Assembly: GCA_951406725.2 (NCBI GenBank)
Contig: OX597832.1
Location: 558,001-622,000 of the forward strand
Direction: 5' to 3'
Source of the DNA: Octopus vulgaris
Lineage: Eukaryota
Length of the DNA stretch: 64,000 nucleotides
This document shows, piece after piece, positions 28,700-38,509 of this stretch; positions within the stretch are counted from its first letter, which is position 1; each line of letters starts with the position of its first letter. The position numbers were made by a program, and so were the translations under genes. A model generated the notes under the pieces. The model did not search any database, had not been told where the DNA came from, and was given only the letters and a program-made list of their open reading frames with translations.

Positions 28700-30180
28700 T
28701 TACATGTTCCTCCCCTCCCCATCTGTCTTCAATCGTTGTGTTGTGTGGTGTGGTGGTTATGGGTATTATTGTTCCGTTCGTATTTTCTGTTGAGAATCGG
28801 TCTGTCTATTACTATGCCTTTATAATCTGCCTAAATGTGTCAGTTCTATGCGCTGATAATAGCTTAATCTCTATGTTATTAACCGGGCCTCTATGTTCTT
28901 GTGTATGTTGGTAGAGCACTGATAAGTCTTTCTTCTCTTTGAGCTCCCGCCAGTGTTAGCCTATTCGCTCCTCTATGCTGCGTGCTGTCTCTATAATGTA
29001 AGTTGTTTTCTTGTTTCTGCACCATCCCCCAGTACTCCGTAAGCTATAGACAATATTCCTAATCTTACAGTTAACCTGTGAGTCCATGCTACATACTATG
29101 TAATTGTTCTCCGTACATGGGGACCTTTCGAAGGGATGAGTTCTACAGATCAGGGATTTTATGGGGGCTCCAGGCCTTTCTACTACTTCAATCCGTAGAC
29201 CAGATTTATCTAATGCTTTTCTAAAAAAAAATTATGCTAGTTTGCCGCCATCAACGAAGATGACACTCTGGTATTTTTTGTTGTCATGCCATGAGTTGGT
29301 CTTATCTATATTTTTTCTGGTCCTTTCTGTGCTGTTCCAGGATTTACTCCTGTGTAGCGAGCAAATCTCTTTAGCATCACTCTCTATGATGTCCTAGTAC
29401 TTAGCTCTGACTCCTTTGTACACTTTAATCCTGTACCTTCGATAGTAGCCAGAGAACTGCATGCGATGAATGAAATGTATGTGTCTTTCCAACTCTATAG
29501 AATAGCACATGCGGGACACATTCCTCATCACTCTCAACAAGTCCGCTATTAGATTATTGAACATAGCGTTGTCTGCAATAGCTGCGTTCTTGTGGACCAG
29601 GTATTAAGAGACCATGGGTTTGGCATTATGAGTATGAAGGATCTGGGCCTTACTATTTTTAGTTTCCAGCCAGAGTTCCATGTCTAAAACCGGTAGCCTA
29701 AAGTTCGGGTGCTTGTCTATTGTTACTTTAATACTTTGGTGGGTGGAGCTAGATATTTGTTGGATGCTATACATAGTGTCATCGATATTGTCTTGTTTGG
29801 GTGCTTTGACTACTATCTTGATATCACCCATATAGCGGGAGTACATAGTTAGGGTTATGGAGTTTTCAGCTAATCTCTCTTTGGGACTCCTATCCCACCA
29901 TACCATAAATAGCTTAGCCACATCGCCAGCGATACTGACACCGATGGCTGAAGCTTCCTCTTGGGCGTATACCTTGTTATTAAACTTAAACATGTGGCCC
30001 TTGCGTAACCATCTTTTTAACTTCATCCGTTAAATAAGTGGCCCATGCGTGACCATCTTTTTAACTTCATCCGTTTTCGGGGCCCATATAGCTCTGGTCC
30101 ATCCGTTCCATCTCTCTAGAGGTCTTCTTAGCCACTAAGGTTATAGTAGGGGGTGGGTCTACCTCTTACTGATCTAGCGG
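28700..30180 (-). mobile_element. Degenerate Penelope-like RT fragment
   Basis: FKFNNKVYAQEE.SAIG...AKLFMVWWD, YSRYMGD (from RYVDD), LPVLDMELW. Confidence 0.75.
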
Positions 30181-30390
30181 ACCGAGTAATCTTTGTCACA
30201 TGTCACTCTCAGGAGGTGGCCGAGTTATTCTGTGCTCACACCACGAAACTCCACATCGCTCTCGCTGATCAACTCCATACATTTCTCCACAGCAAAATCA
30301 ACATCAATGAATGGGTACACGGATACAACATTCATACTCCTTATTATGCATCCCGTCAAATTCATAAACGTATATATATATGTATATACA

Positions 30391-30435
<45 letters not shown>

Positions 30436-30444
30436 ATAATTATT

Positions 30445-30744
30445 AATAGAAATATTAAAATTACTAAGTCTCTCTAAAACAGATTACGGCAGCGTTACTG
30501 GAAATTAATTGTTATCGCCATATTAATATGCCAGTCTTATAGATATAAGACTAAAGCTGTCGCTGATTAGCCTCATGAGGCCATCGCCTTAAGCTAGCTA
30601 TTTGACACAAAATCGGCGTCCATTATAACCTTCGAACAAGGGAGGTCAGCCGCTTCACACTGCCAGTCAGACAGCTACAGACGCGTTTCAGGGTAGTTGC
30701 CCTTTGTCAATGCAGCGTAGTCAGACCCAGCAAGTGTCGCTACT
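30445..30744 (-). repeat. pLTR-like host repeat, left part, interrupted by the ORF1-only array
   Basis: 30445-30558 recurs directly at 35914-36027 and 30504-30636 recurs inverted at 36030-36163; contains a hammerhead. Confidence 0.75.
30674..30716 (-). ncRNA. Minimal type I hammerhead ribozyme with compensatory U3-A8 core
   Basis: Minus strand GCTGCA-TTGACAA-AGGG.CAACTA.CCCT-GAAA-CGCG-TC-TGTAGC. Confidence 0.7.
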
Positions 30745-32360
30745 ACTATCTTTATTATAGGCACGATGGCCCGAATTTAGAAGGGACATTACAAAAACAG
30801 GACGTGGGGTAAATAAATTTTTAAATAAAAATATGATATGAAAATGAATTATATATAATGAATTATATGGAATGTTTACGAGCCCCCCAAAACTCGTAAT
30901 TTCATTTAAAATACAGTTCTGTTATACTGGGCGTTCATCTGTAATGTATTATATTAAATCCTCCTGATCTATTATTGCAGGCAAACTATCGTAACGGATA
31001 TATTGCATTACACAAACAGTTGAAAACACATTTTTCAATTTTAAAAATGTCTCTTTCTCTATCTCCGCCGACTTCACTTGATCATCAAATATTTCTGGGT
31101 TTAGCCTAACTCTGATTAAACCTTTCTTACCTGCCAGTCTTTTTTAGATTTCTTTGTCTTTCATATACAATATTACAACCTTAAGATTTTTTCCTTCGAG
31201 TCTTCTTCCTTCTTTGCATACTTTTAACTTCTCTGCCACTCTTCTTTTCCATTTTTGGTCTACCGTTAAATTTTCCGGTTCTCTCTCTGTCTCTTTTATA
31301 TTCTTATCTTCGCACATACTATCATCCTTCTCGTCTGTAGTCTTATTTTTCGTTTTTTTCTTTTTTTTGAACTTTAGGTGGTGATTCCACCCTCGCTCTT
31401 TTTCTATCTTCTTTTCCTTCTGTTTTTTCCTTTTCTTTCTCCAACTCGTCACCACTTTCCACATTTTCTGTGTTTACTCATTCTACATTCTCCATTTGCA
31501 CTATCTCTGTCCGAGTGTTTAATGTTCTAGTCGGACACACATCTTTCATGTGGCCTCTAATTTTACACTTGTAGCACACTTGTGGTCTCCCCTCCACCAC
31601 GACTCTAAGTCGAGTCTCGTCGGGGAACACCAACTCCTCTGGGATTTTATACAGATCAGGTATGGTTATATGAATCAAAACCTGCACTGCATAACCCCAC
31701 CACTGTACATCTTTTGATTTTTTAACATTTAATATTTCAACGCTTTCTTTGCAGTTGAATACCACTGCTGCTAAGACTCTTTCCATGTTCAGCTCTGGCG
31801 AAATCTTACTGACTCGTATTCTAACTGCTCCTTTCCCACGATAACTTGGTAATAACATCCATTTTTCTGTTTTCAATATTTGCGTAGCGTTCTTCTTCGC
31901 TTCTTCTTCGTTTTTAAAATGGACGACCACTGTTGCATATTTTCTACCTCTGTTATAGAAGGTAGGTTCTCCTTCAAGTCTCTGCAGACAACACTCAATC
32001 TCCGCAATTTCTGCCAATTCTATTTTCTTTGAAGCCACATTCCACGTTCTGTATGTTATAATACGTTTTTCAGCTTCTTTAGCTTCTTCTTCAGGTGGTG
32101 TGATCCTTACACAGTCACCTTCTCTTTTTAAGCTGTCGAAATAATTCTTCAAAATCTCCTTCTCGATTGTAACTTCTTCCAACTGTATTTCGCTTGCAGC
32201 CAGGTCCTTGCTTGCCGCTCCTGCATACGTTTGGGTTTGCATTTTTGAGAAAAAATCCCTCAATGCCGCAACCACTTCCACCAACTCATTCGATCTCACA
32301 ACCTCCACTCAATAATAACGTAATCAAATCTCCGACACCAACAAACAAAAAAACTTGCAG
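30745..32360 (-). mobile_element. ORF1-only retroelement unit 1 (divergent, frameshifted)
   Basis: ORF pieces 31478-32308 and 31144-31464 are homologous to unit 2; CYKCKIRGHMKDVC knuckle; AATAAA at the 3' end; bounded by GTGTCGCTACT. Confidence 0.85.
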
Positions 32361-32371
32361 GTGTCGCTACT

Positions 32372-34097
32372 GAAATCTTTATTATAGGCACTAAGGCCCG
32401 AATTAAGAGGGGACATTACAAAACAGGACGTGGGGTACATAAATTAAAAAATCGAAAAATATGAGGTGAAAATGAATATTTATAATGAATTAGATGGAAC
32501 GGCTTACGAGCCCCCCCAAAGCTCGCAGTTTCATTTAAATTACAATTTTACAATTTACAATTACATATATTACTCTGCTACGTCGGGCGCTCGTCTGTAA
32601 TGCTTGGTTGTTCATCTGTTATATACTCCATTAAGCTCTCCTGATCCACAATAGCTGGTAAGGTGTCATAACGTACATATAACCATTCAATTACACTATA
32701 ATCATATCGCATTTTCTGCACTGTCTCTTTCTCCACGATTACCGCCTTCCACAGGTCATCAAATATTTCTGGGTTCAACTTTACTCTAATTATGCCTTTC
32801 CTACCTGCCAACATCTTTTCCGTATTTTTGTCCTTGTCGTATAACATTACCACTCTGTGTTTCTTTCCCTTGGGTCTTCCTCCTCTCTTACAAGCTTTCA
32901 ACAGCTCTTTCATTCTTCTGTCCCATTCTTCTTCTGCTGTTGGTTTTAGCGGTTCACTCACTTCTGCTTTTGTATCCTCTTCTCCCGTTCGGTTTTCCTT
33001 CTCGTCAGTAATCTTATTTTTCGCTTTTTTCTTCATTTTTTGTTCTTTAGGTGGTGATTCCACCAGCGTTCTTTTTCTATTTTCTTTCTCCAACTCTTCA
33101 CCACTTTCCGCATTATCTGTAGTAACGATTTCTCCCTCCTCCATACACGCATTTTGCAACTCATTCGTTAAAGTCTCCAGTGCTATCGTTTTCTCCTGCA
33201 CTTCTCCCAGCGGACACACATCCTTCATGTGGCCTCTTATTTTGCATTTGTGACACACTGGGGGTCTCCCCTCCACCACGACTCTGAGACGTGTCTCGTC
33301 GGGCAACACCAACTCCTCCGGTATGTTATACAGGTCAGGCATTGTAACGTGGACTAACGCCTGCACTGCATAACCCCACCACTTTACATTTTTTGATTTT
33401 TCGACTTTCAATATTTCCACGTTTTCTTTGCAGTTAAACACCACTGCTGCTAAAATCCTTTCCATATTTAGTTCGGGCGAAATCTTGCTTATTCTTATTC
33501 TTACAGCCCTTTTCCCGCAGTAGTTTGGTAAACACATCCATCTATCAGTTTTTAAAATTTTCGTTGCGTTCTTCTTCGCCTCGTCTTCACTTTTAAAGTG
33601 GACGACCACCGTTGCGAACTTTCTACTTCTGTTATAGTAGGTAGACTCTCCTTCTATTCCTTTAAGACAGCATTCAACTTCCTCTATCAGTGCCACTTCT
33701 ATTTTTTTAGAAGTCACGCTCCATGTTTTGTACGTTATAATCCGTTTCTCCGCTTCTTCCGCTTCTTCTTCGGGTAGTGTGACCTTCACACAGTCACCCT
33801 CCTTCTTCAAGCTGTCGAAATACTTGTTCAACGTCTCCTTCTCGACGAAGACTTCTTCTAACTGCAATTCGTTCGCAACCAGGCCCTTGCCTGCTGCACC
33901 CGCATACGTCTGGGTTTCCATTTTCGAGAAAAAATCTCAATAAAATTTTTCACGCCGTAACAACTTCCACCGCCGGATTCGATCTCACGAACCGCGACAC
34001 CACAATAACGTAGTCAAAATTTTTCCGCCGCCAAAAAAATACAGCTACACAAATAACGCAATCAGAAATCTCCGTCACCAAAAACAAAAGCAAGCGG
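32372..34097 (-). mobile_element. ORF1-only retroelement unit 2 (intact ORF)
   Basis: 5' UTR, 447-aa ORF, 3' UTR ending AATAAAGATTTC; bounded by GTGTCGCTACT. Confidence 0.88.
32578..33921 (-). CDS. Gag-like / LINE ORF1-like nucleic-acid-binding protein (RRM-like region + CX2CX4HX4C knuckle + charged tail), Tx1/L1 ORF1-like
   Basis: Uninterrupted 447 aa; FATVVVHFKSEDEAKK (RNP-like), CHKCKIRGHMKDVC; the clade assignment is inferred. Confidence 0.8.
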   Translation of the reverse strand: METQTYAGAAGKGLVANELQLEEVFVEKETLNKYFDSLKKEGDCVKVTLPEEEAEEAEKRIITYKTWSVTSKKIEVALIEEVECCLKGIEGESTYYNRSRKFATVVVHFKSEDEAKKNATKILKTDRWMCLPNYCGKRAVRIRISKISPELNMERILAAVVFNCKENVEILKVEKSKNVKWWGYAVQALVHVTMPDLYNIPEELVLPDETRLRVVVEGRPPVCHKCKIRGHMKDVCPLGEVQEKTIALETLTNELQNACMEEGEIVTTDNAESGEELEKENRKRTLVESPPKEQKMKKKAKNKITDEKENRTGEEDTKAEVSEPLKPTAEEEWDRRMKELLKACKRGGRPKGKKHRVVMLYDKDKNTEKMLAGRKGIIRVKLNPEIFDDLWKAVIVEKETVQKMRYDYSVIEWLYVRYDTLPAIVDQESLMEYITDEQPSITDERPT

Positions 34098-34108
34098 GTG
34101 TCGCTACT

Positions 34109-35838
34109 GAAATCTTTATTATAGGCACTAAGGCCCGAATTAAGAGGGGACATTACAAGACAGAACGTAGGGTACGTAAAGTAAAAAAATCGAAAATTAT
34201 GAATTGAAATGGATATTTATAATGGATTAGATGGAACGGCTTACGAGCCCCCCAAAGCTCGCAGTTTCATTTAAATTACAATTTCACAATTTACAATTAC
34301 ATATATTACTCTGCTACGTCGGGCGCTCGTCTGTAATGCTTGGTTCTTCATCTGTTATATATTCTATTAAGCTCTCCTGATCCACAATAGCTGGTAAGGT
34401 GTCATAACGTACATATAACCATTCAATTACACCATAATCATTTCGCATTTTCTTCACTGTCTCTTTCTCCACGATTACCGCCTTCCACAGGTCACCATAT
34501 ATTCCTGGGTTCAACTTTACTCTAATTATGCCTTTCCTACCTGCCAACATCTTTTTATGTATTTTTGTCCTTTTCGTATAATATTACCACTTTGTGTTTC
34601 TTTCCCTTGGGTCTTCCTCCTCTCTTACAAGCTTTCAACTGCTCTCTCATTCTTCTGTTCCATTCTTCCTCTGCTGTTAGTTTTACCGGTTCACTCACTT
34701 CTGCTTTTGTATCCTCTTCTCCCGTTCGGGTTTCCTTCTCGTCAGTAATCTTGTTTTTCGCTTTTTTCTTCTTCTTTTTTGTCCTTTGGGTAGTGATTCC
34801 ACCCGCGTTCTTTCTCTATTTTCTCTCTCCAACTCTTCACCACTTTCCGCACCATCTGTAGTAACGATCCCTCCCTCCTCCACACACGCATCATGCAACT
34901 CATTCGTTGAAGTCTCCAGTGCTATCGTTTTCTCCTGCACCTCTCTCAGCGGACACACATCCCTCATGCGGCCTCTCACCTTGCACCTGTGACACACTGG
35001 GGGGCCCCCCTCCACCACGACTCCGAGACGCGTTTCGTCGGGGAACACCAACTCCTCCGGGATGCTACGCAGGTCAGGCATTGCAATGTGGACCAACGCC
35101 TGCACTGCACAACCCCACCACTCCACATCCCTTGACTCCTCGACCCTCAACACTTCCACGCCCTCCCTGCAACTAAACACCACCGCCGCCAAAATCCCTT
35201 CCACATCCAGTTCGGGCGAAATCCTGCCCATTCCCATTCTGACCGCCCCCCTCCCGCAGCAGCCCGGCAGACACATCCATCCATCAGTCCTCAAAACCTT
35301 CACTGCGCTCCTCCTCGCCTCGTCCTCACTTCCAAAGTGGACGACCACCGTTGCGAACCTTCCACCTCTGCTACAGTAGGCAGACCCTCCCTCCACTCCT
35401 CCAAGACAGCATTCAACCTCCCCCATCGGTGCCACTTCCATCCCCTTCGAAGTCACGCTCCACGCCCCGCACGCTATAATCCGCTTCTCCGCCTCCTCCG
35501 CCTCTTCCTCGGGTGGTGCGACCTTCACGCAGTCACCCTCCCTCCTCAAGCCGTCGCAATACCTGTTCAAAGTCTCCCTCTCGACGATGACCTCCTCCAA
35601 CTGCAACTCGTTCGCAACCAGGCCCCCACCCGCCGCACCCGCACACGTCTGGCTTCCCATTTTCGAGAAAAAATCTCAAAAACCTCACCACGCCGCAACA
35701 ACCTCCACCACCGGACTCGATCTCACGAACCGCGACACTACAATAACGCAGTCAAAACCTTTCCGCCGCCAAAAAATATACAGCCACACACCAACAACGC
35801 AATCAGAACTCTCCGTCACCAAAAACAAAAACAAGCGG
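34109..35838 (-). mobile_element. ORF1-only retroelement unit 3, A-to-G hypermutated over its 5' ~1 kb
   Basis: Colinear with unit 2 (offset about 1739); ORF pieces 34695-35660 and 34314-34550; substitutions K>R/G/E, E>G, Y>C, I>V/M, T>A, N>S/D, H>R. Confidence 0.9.
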
Positions 35839-35849
35839 GTGTCGCTACT

Positions 35850-36163
35850 GATCGTCTCTGTTCGAAGGCTTTATTTACCTAGTTTCGGTGGAATACATCC
35901 CCTTATTTTCAATATTAGAAATATTAAAATTACTAAGTCTCTCTAAAAGAGATTACGGCAGCGTTACTGGAAATTAATTGTTATCGCCATATTAATATGG
36001 CAGTCTTATAGATATAAGACTAAAGCTTCTTCGAAGGTTATAATGGACGCAGTTTGTGTGTCAGATAGCTAGCTTAAGGCGATAGCCTCATGGAGCTAAT
36101 CAGCGACAGCTTTAGTCTTATATCTATAAGACTGCCATATTAATATGGCGATAACAATTAATT
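35850..36163. repeat. pLTR-like host repeat, right part, with a second partial unit and a fold-back arm
   Basis: Continues the host after the last GTGTCGCTACT; direct and inverted copies of 30445-30636. Confidence 0.75.
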
Positions 36164-36182
36164 ATGATTATTATTATTATTA

Positions 36183-36450
36183 TTGAGTGAGAGAGCAGTT
36201 CATGCCATCAAAGTGACCCTGGGGTAAAATATACGAAGCCCAATATACCCATCATGACTACCCGTCTGATAAGGGGACACCAGGCACATGCATCACAACC
36301 ATATGTGCGCGACATGGTGATCTCATATCAAGATAAACAGCACATGATCTTGCAGGTGGAGCCCAGTTAGAAATTTCTTCAGGTTGAGTAGCCCATCTCA
36401 CTCAAGAGGTCCCTGAATAAGGGTTGTTTAAGGATGTTGAAAGAACCACC

Positions 36451-36452
<2 letters not shown>
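36183..36452 (-). mobile_element. Short interspersed element or LINE 3' end embedded in (TAA)n
   Basis: About 270 bp of non-coding sequence flanked on both sides by (TTA)n tracts; family not identified. Confidence 0.4.
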
Positions 36453-36481
<29 letters not shown>

Positions 36482-36789
36482 TAATAGAACGAATGGTTTA
36501 CACCTGGTAGCTTGCTCGTAAAGCACAGTCACTTTCACAGTGTTCGTTCTGTATATAGTAAATGAAAGACGGAATAAAAATTCTCGTATATACCATATTC
36601 CGTATTTCATTTACCACACACACACACACACCCACTCACTCACTCACACACACACAAAGAGGTATATATGTTTTCATCGATGTACAAAATGTAAGCAAAC
36701 ATACGCGCGCACATATATACGGATATATATATATATATATATTCTCTTATTCTTATATATACATATAGATGTATATTCTTTTATTCTTT

Positions 36790-37146
36790 TACTACTATGA
36801 CCCGGCGTTGCCGGGTCATAGTGCTAGTGCTTGCATATACATCTGAGTGCGTGCACACATGCACGCGAGTACTTTCCAAATCTCCGACCAATCACATACA
36901 GCTAGCTGGCATTCAATTGGCGTATCAAGTTTCGGGCATTTTGATTGGGTTTTGGATAAAGAATTCACAAAAAAGTCACTTCTATTGACTTTTTAATGGC
37001 TTTGCGGGGTGACTGGGGAAATGTAAAGATGTGAACGACCACCCTTGGATAGTTTTGAATGACCATAGAAAGTGCGAGCCCTCTAACTGAAAAATTGTGG
37101 ATTTGCATAAAGGACACACACAGACATTTTACGTTTATATATAGAG
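36790..37146 (-). mobile_element. Non-autonomous Helitron-like element
   Basis: Minus strand starts TCTATATATAAACG...TGTCTGTGTGTG and ends with hairpin ACTATGACCCGGCAACGCCGGGTCATAGT, matching the Helitron end at 49167-49206. Confidence 0.7.
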
Positions 37147-37147
37147 A

Positions 37148-37345
37148 GATTTGTTTCAGTCATTTGATTGCGGCCATGCTGGAGTACCGCCTTTAGTCGA
37201 ATAAATCGACCCCAGGATTTAGTCTTTGTAAGCCTAGTACTTATTCTATCGTTCTCTTTTGCCGAACCGATAAAGTTACTGGGATGTAAACACACCAACA
37301 TCGGTTGTCCAGCGAGGTTGGGCGGACAAACACAGATACACAATC
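37148..37345 (-). mobile_element. SINE 3' half (family of 13511)
   Basis: Reverse complement of the 13785-13915-type sequence; further copies at about 44752-44890, 53375-53417 and 56912-57110. Confidence 0.85.
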
Positions 37346-37353
37346 GTATACAT

Positions 37354-37426
<73 letters not shown>

Positions 37427-37575
37427 TATATACATAAATACAACTTTAATTTCATTTCCATTAAAATGTTGGTGAATTCAGAGCCGACTACAATTTGCCT
37501 GCAATTGGCCGCCCCTGACTGTCACTCACAATCACTGTTGTATTACACTTCTTTTTAAGCGTTTTATTATAATAG

Positions 37576-38439
37576 ACTAGCTTAAGGTGACCCGCTCTAC
37601 GCGCGGGTAAGAGTGTGGTTGTTACTTTCTGTTGCTTCCTTTCTTTGTTTCTCTCTCCTTTTTCTCTCACTTTCCCACTCTCTCACTCTTCATTTCTCTC
37701 GGACTCTCCCTCGCGTTTTCTTACTCTCTATCTTGTTACTTTCTGTTTCTTCCTTTCTGTTTTTTATCACCACATTCTCCCTTGCTGTTTCTCTCTCCTT
37801 TCTCTCTCACTTTCCCACTGCCTTACTCTTCCTTTATCTCGGACTCTCCTTCGCTTTCTCTTACTCTCTATCTTTCTCTATCTATCTTTCTCCCATTTAT
37901 AAACAACAAAAGATCTTGAGTAAGTTGAGAAACAAAATATTTTCAAAGATCAATCATAAATATCAGGCACTGACAACGGAAAGGTCTGCTTCAAGGCAGA
38001 CAGCAAAACACCAACATTTAAAAGGGACAGACGAACTTGCGAGCTGAATAAAAATATAAGAATATTGGAAACAAAAATTTGAAAGGATAGAATCTGAGGA
38101 TAGTAGAGTCACCATGGCTGGCATTTCTTAACGACGGACAGCAACGTAGTGGCAGTTTAACGGTTGGCGTAAAATTTTCAGGTTGATGTAAAAGAGAATT
38201 CCTAAATACCGGCTCCTGTAAATTTTAATCCCCTTCCAGCCCAATTTAGACTCCTTTTCACATTTTGGTTAATATAACCCGATTTCATTCGGGTCTACTC
38301 GGGCCACATTGCATTAGATGAGGAATTTTGTCCTAGAGGTCACGCCTTTCATTTGAGGAAAAAAATAGTTTCCATACAAACTCGCCAGCACTTTTAACAT
38401 AGGTGTGCATATTTTCAGCTCAACCGACCACATAATGCA

Positions 38440-38509
<70 letters not shown>

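Noticed and set aside
34780-35810. APOBEC-type G>A editing or CpG decay of unit 2 instead of A>G in unit 3
   Set aside because: The more distant unit 1 shares the unit 2 residues and the intact CCHC knuckle, so unit 3 is derived; the changes are not confined to CpG.
32372-35838. Diversity-generating retroelement (TR/VR pair with adenine-specific mutagenesis)
   Set aside because: Changes are A>G only rather than A>N, span about 1 kb including the 5' UTR, show ADAR-like neighbour bias, and there is no DGR-type RT or accessory gene; the context is eukaryotic.
30734-35849. LTR retrotransposon or TRIM tandem array (TG...CA segment near unit ends plus a gag-like ORF)
   Set aside because: The 3' segment is not repeated at the 5' end of the outermost unit, no convincing PBS or PPT is present, and only the 11-mer is shared at all junctions.
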